Shown here: in pieces, positions 13,156 to 26,104 of the stretch
How positions within the stretch are numbered: the first letter of the stretch is position 1
How the letters are laid out: every line of letters begins with the position of its first letter
Assembly (NCBI GenBank): GCA_973895155.1
Contig: OZ316897.1
Location: 13,143,375-13,207,374, forward strand
DNA: 64,000 nucleotides
Reading direction: 5' to 3'
DNA from: Marsupella aquatica
Lineage: Eukaryota; Plantae; Marchantiophyta
Notes under the pieces: generated by a model
What the model saw: the letters and a program-made list of their open reading frames with translations, nothing else
Databases searched by the model: none
What the model was told of the DNA's origin: nothing
Made by a program: the position numbers and the translations under genes

Positions 13156-16076
13156 ATGGGATGGATTCAAGCGGTGGTGACAGGGTTGGTCATGACAACC
13201 TTCAGCTTGGGAATTTGGATCGGACCTCCCGTTGGCGATCATTTGTCTTCTTCACAGCAGCAGGAGCATCAGCTGACGGAGGAGGCGGAGGAGGACCAGA
13301 GCCGCTGCTTTCCAGCCCTCTTCAGCTTCGGGAGCTCGATTGCAGACACGGGCACGCAGGCAATAGTGTTCTCTTTACAGCCAACGCAGTACCCTCCTTA
13401 TGGCTCGACATTTTTCGGCAAGCCTGTCAATCGCTTCAGCGATGGCCGTCTCCTCATTGATTTTTGGGGTATGTTCTCTACGATTAGTCTTCTTGTCATG
13501 ATGAAGTCTGCCAAAGTAGATCAGCAACAAGATTCGATTCACTCCACAACTCGCAAATGGCATAGGGGCTACAGGTGGAAATAGGAATGCGATGCAGAGC
13601 GACTAATGAAAATTCTGAGGCAGCATTTCTGATCAGTGGGATGCTTCTTTGCCTTTTGTCAGCAACGGCATTGAAAATACCGTATCTGGACCCCTATGTG
13701 AAAGGGGTGGGTTCCAATTTCCGAAGAGGAGTGAATTTTGCGTCTTCGGGAGCAAGAGCTACCAACGACACGGCATCGTCTCCATTTTCACTTTCTATTC
13801 AGCTCAATCAGTTCAGAGAATTCAAGCATGAGGTGCTGGACCTCATACAACAAGGTTAAAAGCGATTCCCCTGCATATTGACTATTGATTCTTCGTTTTG
13901 AATTCTGTCGTAGTTACTAGCTCTGTTGTCTCGTGTCTTTCATCTCAACCTTTGTCTTGATATTGTCCATCTAAGGTTCGAAGATATGGCTGGAAGGCGA
14001 CAGCAGATGCTGCGCTCTCGGACTATAGTCTGTGTTGCTTGCTCGAGGAGAACAGCCACATAGGAATGCTTGTCTCGGTAGATAGCTTCACTAGTTCTAC
14101 CTTTTACTTCCAAGATATCAGCAGTCAGATCATTCCCACCTGCAATTATTCCTGTCTTAGACTCACATTTTTGTGATTAATTCAAGTAGTCCTGGTTTTG
14201 GTCATAGCTGTGGCTGGCACGCCTCCCACTGGTACAGAGTACATGAACACCTTACATGACGTTTTTACTTCTTGATTGCACCGATTGCCCTCATAACACA
14301 TGTCTTCGTGATTCTGCCGTATAAGACATAAAGAAGATACAAAAGAAACTTCTCGGAAGTGGTTTAAGATCAATTAATTGTCTTGAGCTGCTGACTTCTC
14401 ACAGGTTCACAATCAACTTCGGAAAGAAGAGATGATTGTAAGAAGCTTCCCCGGGAGCAATATTTTGGAGAGGCTCTCTATGTAATAGCTATTGGAGGTA
14501 ATGACATTGTGGCATGGTCTCTTGCCGAGGAGAGATCAGCAGAGGAGGTTGCGCTACTAATACCGCAAATATCGAATGAAATCCTTCGGGTAGTGGAGGT
14601 ATACTTCTCACTGCAGCTGCTAGTGACTGTCTGGTGCAATTTCGAGTCCAGGAAGGTTAGCTGAGTGACTAGTAACAAAGTCTGTAAGGAGAATTAAAAG
14701 AAAAAGGGTTCTTCTTCAACATTGGACTGTGGATTTTGCAACATTTTACTGTTTGACTGAACTGATTTTATTGATTGAACCAAGTGAAGTCAAGCAGTGG
14801 AAGTTCAAAACCTGCAATGCGTATGTGATGGTAGGGTAGTGGTGGTAGGCAATTTTGGGTGGTAGAAATTACAGAGGCCATTAGAGAAACACAGTCTCAT
14901 GGGACCAAAGAGCTCTTTGGTCATGGACCTGGTTTTCTTGTGGATTTAGAGAAGTAGATAGGACCAAGCCCTGCTTTGTCACGGACCTGGTATTTTTTTA
15001 ATGGTCTTCAGCTTGACAGGCACTTTATGCTGAAGGCGCAAGACATATATTGGTAGAAGATGTGTTCCCTCAAGGATGCTCACCAATATTTCTGGTATAT
15101 CTTGCAAAACAACATCCCAACGAGCTGGATGCTACTGGGTGCTTGAAGCCGATCAACGATCTGGTGCAACTTCACAATTCTCTGCTCAAAAGGGGTATTG
15201 CAGACCTCGGCAAGCGACTCCCAGATGCTTCGATCTCATGTATTGACACCTTCAGCAGACGATATGACATGATAACAAACCACGACCAGTATGGTGAGCA
15301 ATTACAGTAGCTCGTTCTATTTTGTCAGTACAGAAGTAAGATCTTTTGACTGAGAGAGTACTGAGTCAGTTTTGTTCCCTTATTCTTTTGTTTCAGACTA
15401 CCAATCTTGTGTTTGCTGTTCCATGATAGTTAGAGTCATGTCAAAAAGATTAGAGCTAGGTTCCATGGCTGGGGGGTGAGGAGTACGTCGGTTCCAAGAG
15501 TCCTAGAGCCAATGAGCAGACATGTTGGGCAGTGAGTATTTGCTCTTTAAAATCTACTCGGTGGTTCAAGTATGTTAATGTCCTCTCACGTCGTGAGTTC
15601 TGGCTTCTAGTCACCCTCAGGCGACACCCTTGGGCGATTGTAAGCCATAACGCAATATTGGCAGTGCTTTATTGTACTCTTATCCCCATTTTGCTTCTGA
15701 GAGGCCACTCGTTCAATGAACATGGAAGACTTTATGACGGACAGTAAGAAAACCTATTGCAACTGCTTTCCATGCGACTATTTCTGATAATATGTTCGAT
15801 ATCGCAGGGTTTACAGAGCCAATTAAGTCTTGCTGTGGAGCAGGAGGAGGAGAGTACAATACTCGAGTTGATATTCATTGCGGTTCAAGCATAGTAGAGG
15901 ATGGCATTTTGATCACAGCAGGTATGTGTGACAACGTGTCCAGCCATGTCGTATGGGATCAGCTTCATTACACAGAGGCCTTCAATCGTATTACGATGCA
16001 GGGCATCCTTTCAGGAAAATATTTTGAGCCAGGATTTGATCTCCTTCAAAATGGTTGTGTACTTGGGGAGATTTAA
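13156..16076 (+). CDS. GDSL/SGNH esterase-lipase (5 exons)
   Basis: Exons 13156-13468 (hydrophobic N-terminus, FSFGSSIADTG, NRFSDGRLLIDF), 13663-13854 (GVNFASSGA), 14405-14598 (ALYVIAIGGND), 15020-15293, 15808-16076 (SCCG, WDQLHYTEA = DxxH). All borders are GT-AG and the frame is continuous. Confidence 0.92.
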
Positions 16077-17215
16077 GCCGATGAAGGCCTCTGAACGCAC
16101 TCATGTGTCGTGATAAAATCGGATTCACCAAAGTACCTTTCCAAGGAAAGTCAATTGCTGCCCATCCATCCATACATGCCTTCACCGAATTCTTCTCCAA
16201 GTAAGTCAATTTATGCCGCTAACAGTATAATTCAAGTCACATAACACGTTCCGAGAATCACTGATAAATTGTAAGTCGATGAGGTGGTTGTAGGTGTGAG
16301 CTAGAGGCACCATCTATATGCTCCATTTGTGTGTATAGGATTTCGCAATGAAGAATTGAGCACTGATAGTCCCATGGCCAGTTAGGGTCCCGTGATCATT
16401 CATTCACTCGGTAACTAGCTGGTGGTGGCGTGCTTTTAGAAGTCGGTAACTTGTTCATCCATAACTGATAGTCCTTCAATTCATCCATTTCCTTAGTTCC
16501 ATTGGAGAACTTTTTGGATAGCAGTGGTTCAGGTTACAGGCTTTAAGTTTGGGAAATTTCAACCTCTCAAGTGAAAAGTTTTCGGCAGATTGGCCAAGTA
16601 GCAGAGGTTTATTTTCTACTCTTAATAAATTAGGACCTGACGTCCCTTATAGTGCATCTGATTCGAGCAATGCAACATGTTTAGCAAACTCATCTCCCTG
16701 TCTGTAGCAGTCACAACCTGCTGCAGCTGAAATTCTCAATTCCATTGAGACTGCAAGGAATTTTTTGGCAGATTCAACTGAGGTTGCAGCCACAAAACAA
16801 GTGAAGGAGATCGAGCACATACTTTAATTCGTTGGAACACCATCTTAAGCTTTTGGTAAAAGAACAACTTAGCACAGGTCGGTGTTCAGTACAATAGAAA
16901 TATATTGTTGATAGTGTAGGATTCAATTAGAATGAAGTTCACCTTTCCGAAGTATAACAGCACATTACGCGTGTATCCTGACTACGAAGTATGCAATAAG
17001 ATGAGTAGCTTTCCAAAAAGACGTAACAGTACACTACCCTTCCCGTAAAACCTACCTAATGATTTCCGACTTTAACTGTGCTCAGTAAATAAAATCTCGA
17101 ATTCGCCTGTCAGCTTGCACTTCAATAGGAATGGTGAAAGGTAACTTTTCACGTCTGATATTCACGACTAACCCACGACAATTCACCTCCACTGGAGTCT
17201 GAACAAGACGAGAGA

Positions 17216-19730
17216 TTAAAATCCTATTGTTACAGGCTGCATTCTGTGCATACTGCCTGATAGCACTGAATCTGGTCCTGTCTTATCCCACAGAACTTTC
17301 CAGCAAACAACTAAAGTGATAGCAGCACTTGCGAGAGTCAAGGATACGCCAAAGACACATCCTCCTGGAGCAAGGTTTACCAATGTCTGCAAGGACCATA
17401 CTAGAATTTTGTCAGATAGGAGAAGGTGAGTCATGATGAAGACTACATCACAAGCCATGGATGAACATCCTAAGCAAAGAGAAGCAATTTCATTGATCAC
17501 GTGCGTGATGTAGACATGAGAACAACGAGAGTAGCAACCAAGGACAAGAAACGTCAACAACGTAGAATCTCAGCTTTGCAGCATCCGAAAGTAAAAGTTT
17601 TCGTGGAAATCCAAGAAGGAACGTGAAGACCAGTTATACACTTCAAACCAGAGACAGAAACAAACCAGGAAGGCCGCGAGGAGGTGCATGCTGGGAACAA
17701 AAAACTGTAGTCTGGTCTTTCCCTCTTCATGTCCGTTGAATGCAATTATCATTGAAGAAGTGTGAATAAGTAGAAAGCCCAGTGCCGTCAAAGCTTCACA
17801 GGCACAAAATTACCATAACACGTTGTTACGCGAGACGTCCCATTCATGCTATAACAGACTACTGTGAGGATGTCCCATTCATGCTATAACAGATTACTGT
17901 GAGTTCCGATAGACCTTTTGCTCTCTCTTTCAAGTTCACCCGGATGTGTACTTAATACCTGACCTATCAAAGGGAAATTTCAAAAAATAGATGACAAGCG
18001 GATGGATAGCCTTGCTAAATCAGTACAGACAACCCAGGTGAGGAAAATGAGGCAAAGTAAATATGGCACACTGATGAAGATATCCAGAGACGAAGCCGAT
18101 ACCAGAGTCACTCATTTAAAGCATGACGAGAGAATTCTGGCGATTAATTGAAAACTTGATTCTGTTTCAAATCATCTAAGTTTATTGCTAGAAAAGGGAC
18201 TTACCAGCAACTAGGAAAAAGGGCATCTGTGGACACCCATCAATGTAAAAGGTGGCTGGGCCAAACGCTGGAGTAAGAAGACTGAGGCAGAAGAAAACAG
18301 CATGAGCCAAGCCATGGCCTAGACCGAAAGCTGCATCAACCAACGACGTTAAGTCCCCACCTATGCTTAGCCCCAAAATTAAATCGATAGAAACCCGTCG
18401 ATAAACAAGCAGAAAGGACAGTTCAATTATTGATTGACCAGCTTATTGGCTTGCATGAGTACCAAGGGCAATCTCAATTCTGTCAACCGCATGAATGCGG
18501 GGCTTGGATAACTTGACTGCTAGCTGATTTAGTAAGTTCTCAACTTTCCTGCACACGCCGATAGTTATTTTGAAGTCAACTAGCAGTAAAACCTCCCCTC
18601 ACTCCCTCCTTGGCATGCTCTGGTTAAATTACTGAGGCACTCCCGTACAACGACACAACCTCAAGTCAAATTGAACTAAGCAGGTTCAAATCACATTGCG
18701 CAGTCCCAAAAATAACACAACAGTATCAAGGCAAATATACTCTTTGGCGCTTAAACCAGAGGAGAGACTCACAAATACTGACGCCAAAACAGTACCCTTA
18801 CTGCCTCGTGGAAAGCTACAGCTGAAAGAAGAATAGGGACATAAACCCAGGAGGCCGAACCACCAGGGAGAAATGCTCTCCACAAACCAGCAATCACTAT
18901 GAGGGTGACCAGCCAACTCAAAGTACTGCATTCAAAAGCACCAAATCGAATAATTGATGAATTCCACCAGACAGAAGCCTTCCATCTTAAATTAGCAGGC
19001 AGGCAAACTTCTCGGATGCTTGGCAGAATTTTTTCCGAGATACGGTGATTGACATCCAAAGCTATGATAACAGTTCAATTATATGTAACTCCAATGAGCT
19101 CTGAAACCTAAATTACAAATAATTTTGTTAAATTTAAATTTCATTCACCCGTCTCTCCATTCTCACCAAAACCGCATCGACCCCTTTCTAAGCGCTAAGG
19201 GAACATTGCAGAGAGAAAGAGAGAGAGAGAGAGGAGCGGCAAGAAAGTAAGTTATGAAATGAAACATCACTTGCCTCCCTTCAGGCCAAGCACTCTACAC
19301 AGATTGCGACAACATTTGACATCTAAACCCGAAACCCTGCTCGTATACTTCGTCTTGCCCAAGCAGAAGTCGGAGGCACGTCTCTATCAAACTTTACGAC
19401 GTGTTCAAGATACTCAGAGAAGCACAGAATAGGGAGAAAAGCGCAAATTCATAATCACCCAATCCTACCATCCCCTCAAGGACAAGTTTTCGGAACAATT
19501 CGCACGAACTTGAAACAATCTTCAATTCCTCACGACAAAAGCGTCCCTCCTCTTCGTAATCAATCAAGCCATCAACCGGATCCCGAAGATCCGGAGAACA
19601 GGAGAAGCAGTGCATACCTGAAGAAGAGGGTGAGGATCAGGAATGGTTTAGCAGCGATGCAGGAGACGAAGAGAGAGATGGCGGGGCCGAGAGCGATCAG
19701 CGCATATCCCGTGCCGCCGATCAGTGTCAT
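17216..19730 (-). CDS. APH1: Gamma-secretase subunit APH1-like (6 exons)
   Basis: Exons 19730-19618 ([34 protein letters not shown]), 18925-18773, 18548-18463, 18330-18205 ([26 protein letters not shown]), 17793-17666 ([12 protein letters not shown]), 17386-17216. Matches plant APH1 motifs, with GT-AG borders. Confidence 0.92.
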
Positions 19731-19829
19731 ATCTCCGGCCGATCATAATAGTCTTCCGCACCTCTCCGCTGCAGACCTCCTGCTTTCTGATTTCTATCGT
19801 AGGTTCATCACTTTCATTTCTCGAGGACT

Positions 19830-20800
19830 GCAAAATCTCAGTGACTCATTGTGGGTGTCAAGCTTCTTTATATGGGAGCAACTCGTTCCCAAGTTTTCGG
19901 AGTTCGGGTTTCATGCTCCTCAACTGTCGCTGCCCCCAAGCTAAACCTGGTGGATCTGGGTGAGTCAAGCTTCTTTATCTGGGAGCAACTCGTTCCCCAA
20001 GTTTTCGGGGTTGATGCTCTTCAAACTGTCACTGCCCCCAAGCAAAACCTGGTGGATCTGGGTAACTCATTGTGGGTGTCTTGAAGCTTCTTTATATGGG
20101 AGCAACTCGTTCCCAAGTATTCAGGATTCGGGTTTCATGCTCTTAAACCGTCACTGCCCCAAGCTAAACCTGGTGGATTTGGGTGACCCATTGTGGGTGT
20201 TAAGCTTCTTTATCTGGGAGCAACTTGTTCCCAAGTTTTAGGGGTTCATGCTCTTCAAACTGTCACTGCCCCCAAGCAAAACCTGGTGGATCTGGGTAAC
20301 TCATTGTGGGTGTCTTGAAGCTTCTTTATATGGGAGCAACTCGTTCCCAAGTATTCGGGGTTCGGGTTTCATGCTCCTAAACCATCACTTCCCCCTTGGA
20401 AGCTAAACTGGTGGATCTGGGTGACTCATTGTGGGTGTCAAGCTTCTTTATCTGGGAGCAACTCGTTCCCAAGTTTTGGGGCTTGGGTTTCATATATGCC
20501 TGGTTAATGCCCTTAAACTGCCACTGGCCCCAAGCTAAACCTGGTGGATCTGGGTGACTCATTGTGTGTCAAGCTTCTTCATCTGGGGGCAACTTGTTCC
20601 CAAGTTTTGGGGTTTGGGTTTCATGCTCTTACAACTGCATGTCAGTGCCTCTGAGCAAAACCTGGTGAATCTAGTTGACTCATTGACTGTGGTGTCAAAC
20701 TTCTTTACCTGGGAGCAACTAGTTCCCAAGTTTTGAGGTTCGGGTCTCATGCTCTTGAACTGTCTCTGCCCCTGAAGAAAAACCTGGTGGATCCAAGTCA
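19830..20800. repeat. ~8-copy tandem array of a ~100-135-bp unit immediately upstream of the APH1 start
   Basis: Repeated aacctggtggatctgggtgactcattgtgggtgtcaagcttctttat(a/c)tgggagcaactcgttcccaagtttt...ttcatgctc...ctgcccccaagc. Confidence 0.92.
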
Positions 20801-21861
20801 CCATAATGTATCTAATTAAGTTTTAATGTCCTTTGCTATTCTCTGTTTGTATTATTTTGGGTGCATTCTGGAAGCTAGTATCTCCTCAACTTGCACTTAA
20901 GCTGGACAATGTCTGGCCTTTAAGTGTACTAAGGTCCTGTTTTTGGAGCATTATGGGCAATAATAGCCCCGCACAAAAGGCGTAATGATCTGGGCACTCT
21001 CTCGGAGAGAGACTCGGTGAAATAGACATGTCTGTGAAGAAGCGCACTACCTGCACCTGGACAGAAAGCCATGTCTGTGAAGCTCTCATGTTGGGGGGGG
21101 CGGGGCGGGCATTATATTTCACAATGTCATCAAAACAGGACTTTACTGAGTGCTTAATGCCCTTTGCAATTTTGCCATTTGCATTTTTCAGGGCATTTTG
21201 AGAGCATAATGCAAGGTCAATATCTGGATCCCCTCTTTAGGATGATTCTCCTTTACTTGTACTAAAGTTAGAAAATTTGAAAATCTCTCAGGCCTTTTAA
21301 GTGTAGTAAGGTACTATTTTTGCCCATAATAGCCCCTCCAAACTCAAGCATAAACTCTTGTTTTGGGGGCACTATATCCTATACTGCCCTCTGAACCAGA
21401 CTTTACTGTATGCTTTAAATAAGAGTGAACCAGCCCCCTGAATACCACGCGATCAAGGGGGCAACAAGCGCGCTGCCCAAGCCAACAAAAAAACACATGG
21501 TGCCTGGGTGCCAGAGCAGGGTCACACCCATGCTTCAAGAGAAACAAAACCCTAATCAGACCACCAGACATCAGATCCACTGGAAGAGTGGCCTTAATCA
21601 GAGCCCACACACACTAGTTACCTTGTTCAGCCTAGTCACACATAATATAAACCTTAGTTATAATATTCATTTTTTTCTTTTGGAGTGTTTGTTTATGAAA
21701 TGTCATCAGGCCACTTCACTCACCTGATAACACTCATGCTCAACATCACTTATTATCGACAATAATGTGGAATGCACATGCATTGAACTAGGTAGTCAAT
21801 AATAGTCTTAGTCAGAGCCTCTCCTCTCGGTACTGGTTTAGGTCACACTAACTTAGTTTGA

Positions 21862-22068
21862 GAGATATGCTTAGTAGACCCCCTTCTTGAAAAAGTTTGC
21901 TTAATCAACCCCCTCCATGCATTTCCAAAATCTGGACCCTTGATGGACCTTTAGATCTCAGATCTGGACCATTGATAGACCTCAGGGGGTTGATCAAGTA
22001 ACAAGTTTCATTTTGGGGGTTGATCAAGTAACAAGTTTCATTTTGGGGGTTGATCAAGCAAATACCTT
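21862..22068. mobile_element. Mutator-like MITE, copy 2
   Basis: Colinear with 6419-6595 (gagatatgcttagtagaccccc...agatctcagatctggacc...gggggttgatcaagcaaata), plus an internal 30-bp duplication. No TSD recognisable. Confidence 0.7.
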
Positions 22069-24812
22069 GTCACTGAACAAAGTGAAGGCGAGCCAAGAAA
22101 AGCAGGTCCAATTTATGTATGGGAAATCAATGCTACGGTGAATCTTTTTTGGGCCATATTTTCTTGCAGGAATCCCGGCAGGAATGGGGATTTGGGAGCT
22201 CCTACACTTGACACCACTTTGACACATGGATGGGGTGCATGACTAGATTGTGAGAACTGACCATTGTACCGTGAGGGAAAGCCAGTTCTCTGGGTGTGGA
22301 GAGTATCTTGTGCAGGGCTAAGGCCATAATTTATGCAAACCGATAGTCCAAGGGTGTTCACTCTTGAGAACGTACTGCATGCTCAAAATGAATTATAGTG
22401 AATCCTGCAACCATTCGGCTTGCCTTTTAGTGTCCCTGAGCCAATACACGGGCCCCAAGACTCAAAATAGGTAGGGTCAGAGCACAATATTTAGTGCAGT
22501 ATGGAGTAGAGGAACCTCGTAACCATAGGAGATGCTCTAACATAGTTAACAGAGTAAAAAGTGGACAATATGTGACTAGTTTGTACTCACACGGCTTAGG
22601 GGCAGTGGTGGTTTAATCTGCATTGGGGTGGTTGGGACTTCCATCTCTCGTTATGGAGGGTGTACGTCAACCTAAACCACAACTGCAACTATAAAAGATG
22701 CCCTTCCTAGGTGAACAGTAGACGTACCTTGCAGGCTTTCCCACCCAATTATTTTCCATGTAGGACTCTAGTACCCATTACATTTTTAGTGATCTCTTCA
22801 AAAGTATGAGCTTTTATTAGATACAATTTAGTGTGGAACGTATTGAGATCTACATTTTGAGTTGTATGTAGCCTCGTATGGTGAACTAATGAAATGACAC
22901 TACTTGGGAATTCCCCAAAACACAACAGGCTTTGTCATCTACACACTGTAATAATTACATGCATGCAAATTGAAATGACTAGGTAGTACACTAGTACTGG
23001 TGCCAAGGTTACCTGGAGTATTTATTTGGGAACTTTTGATTTAAATCGTGTACAATTGCCTTGGAGCCATAAGCTAGAATGGGATGGGATCCCACAAATT
23101 TGTTATATTAAAATAAAGGTTTTTACTCCAACTCCACATCATATTAGACCTGGCAACAAGACCCTCCTGTGTACTAGATTTTCATGTTAATTATGTCTCA
23201 TTATCTGCTCTAGATTAATCCTCACTAGCTCAGGAATCCCAGTTCAGATTAATGCACGTTGTCATAGTCAGATCCCACACAAGCTTAGAAATCCTATGAT
23301 CAGAGCAAAATGTTTGGGATGAAGATCTTGTCTTTGAATTTGGAGGATGCCTCTATAGCATGATGCAGAAGCTGTAATGAAGTCATTTGGATGGATGAGT
23401 TGCCCAACAAATTGTGCAACTATTCAGTGAGATTGATTCCTTGCCAACTTCGAAGAACACATGTAAGTCGACTCATACAATGCTTACTATTAAGCCAAAT
23501 TCTTGGATTCATTTGAATGTCCTGCTAGTTTTCATGAGTTGATTCATCTCCCCTAATATGGATTTTCCTTACATTACCTCAAGAAAGGTAAGATGTAAGA
23601 TTGTAACTCGACAACATCTATAAAATGCAGGTGTAGAGCCGAATGCAAAGAATGAATATTTACATTAAAGACTATGCGCAAGTGAAGTAGTGGGAAGGGA
23701 TCTTGGGTCCAGAAACGTCCACTCAGGGCTTATGCCAAATTGAGTGAATATAAAGATCCCTAATATCTTGCAGCTGAAGTGAGCTTATCTCTACCCATCA
23801 CCCCTTGTTTGTATCGTTGGATTATTAAAACTCATGCATGTTGTTCTGTTTGTATCGTTGGATTTATGGGAACCGATGCATGTTGACTCTATGTGGAATA
23901 AAATGTGTACCCTAAACTCATATGTCATCTTAACATCCAAGAAGAAGAATCCTGGCATTTTCTGTGGTGAACCCCTGGGCCCAGGAGAATCATTCAGAAT
24001 GTTCCACTCATCGGCAGGAAAAGAGTCCACACTCGATAACCATCCAAGGCTAGAATTGGGAGTACTGGGGCTTTACCAAAAGTGTTTAAATTAATAACGT
24101 GCCAACAACAAATGTGTTTTAGAGAATGTGAAGGAAATGCTTCTGTCACCGACATGCTTTCTAGCTTTTACTCGAACGCTTTTATTGCTGTTGTCTGAAC
24201 GTGTTCCAAATATCATGTAAGTTACATGCCTTTTCAGATACCTCAACAGGTTTTGAATTCTGGGTGGACCCCAATGAACCCAAGCCTGGATGACACGTCA
24301 AAAAAATTCCACTCATTGGGAGGAGACATGCCTCTTTGACCATGGACAGCCCTTTCCATGTGGGTGTACACCTTTTACCCTCCTACAAATCAAACTAGGA
24401 CTACACTAATCTATGGGGGTTTTACTGTCCTATCTAGAACATCCTTTGAGCCATGGAAATTACTTCTTAACGTTCCTTAATTTAGATGTACAGTAATTGT
24501 ATTGCAGTGATTTTGGAAAATGGTTTGTTATTTCGGTACAGAATTATGTCATCCCAATGAGATTTGCAAGGCACTTTGGACTACAATTACGTAGTAAAAT
24601 AATCGCAAAGTTGGGAAGACACAATTATTATCTTTTTATGAAGCCTTTAAACCCACGTGATGTGCATGAAGCAAGGCGATTCCATATTTGTTTACCTAGG
24701 TGGGCCGAACTAGGAAACCTTATGAACATAGAATGTACCAACACTCATCATTGTACATTCCTTAGCTATGGGTTTCCTCGTAGATATATATTAGCTAGAT
24801 ATAGATCTGTGG

Positions 24813-25146
24813 CAGTGTGATCCAACACATACAACCGTACTTAGCTAGTGTCAACAAGTCACGAGCTAGCTTCCCTTCTTTGTTCGCAACTCACGAGTCC
24901 ACCATCTACTGAAGATAAATAGTAGGATAGTAGCAGAATAATCTGATGGCATTCACTCCACTAATAGATACAAAGCAAAGGTTTTTCCCTTCATAGATTA
25001 GGTAGACAGATGTGTGACAGTGTGATCCAACACATTACAACCGTACTCAGTCAGCAACTCAGGAGCTCCCCTTCTTTTGTGTTTGTAACTCGGTTTGTAA
25101 CTCATCACCATCTATTGAAGCATATATAGTAGGATCGTAGCACAAT
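24813..25146. repeat. Degenerate direct duplication (~135 bp)
   Basis: cagtgtgatccaacacat...caccatctac/ttgaag...atagtaggat at ~24813 and ~25017. Confidence 0.7.
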
Positions 25147-26104
25147 ATATAATTCTATATATCGTCTCTCACAAGCTGACCGCGGGTGCAATAGCATTAG
25201 AGCAACATTCCTTAGGGGTACTCCGTAGTTGGCTTTACAGGAGGAGTACGTGCTGATCTAGAATAATTGTGATCTCTGAGTTCTGAGTTGCCTTTACATG
25301 ACAGGAGGAGCGCTGATCTAGAATAAGTGTCATCGACTTAGGATTGTGTGCATGATTGTGTAGTGTGTGTGACGAGAATGACGACTCAGCACGTAACTTG
25401 CATGGCACGAGGAAACTGGGCACATGATTGTGATTCGACTTGGTCCCTTAGGGGAATTCGATCAGATCTTATGAGGCTGCCAGCTCGAACGAATTGAACC
25501 TCACACGTTTCATCTCCACTCTCCCCTCTTTGGGGCTCCAACTTAATTACAATACAGCACTGATCTTGCTGCCTTCCTTTGGCCCCGGAAAGTTTGGCAA
25601 AATCGAATCGCCAAATTTAATCGGAAGATTAACCTTGGCTAACCACTCCAGTGGAAACGCCAAGTTCCCATTCAAAAGATAGCGGTTCATGCTTTTTATT
25701 GGGTGTAAAATGCCCTTAAAATGCCGAATGTATAGCCTACATAGCCTGCGGGTGCTGTGATGCCCGGATGGATTTCAAAGATTGGATGGACTGGCTGCTA
25801 TGATGCCTGGATGGATTTACAAAGCTTGGATGGATTAGCACAGAATGTCTAAAATGACGGGTAACTTACATCTTTTACAGTTTTGGCCGCCCGGTTTAAA
25901 TATATATGATATATGTGACCTGTAAATGGGCTCATGAGTGTTTCGAGCGGGGTTCAATATATAAGAGAGTTGGTTTAGAATACTCGACCATTTTCACACT
26001 CATAAAATTAAAATCGATAAAATGATCTTAGAAAAATCTCTAAAATTTGTCAAAAAATCATTTTGAAAAGAGATCATGCTCGCATATTTGAAATTAAATA
26101 GAGA

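Noticed and set aside
22900-24800. Possible decayed transposon or gene remnant
   Set aside because: No RT, integrase or transposase motif could be read in any frame I checked.
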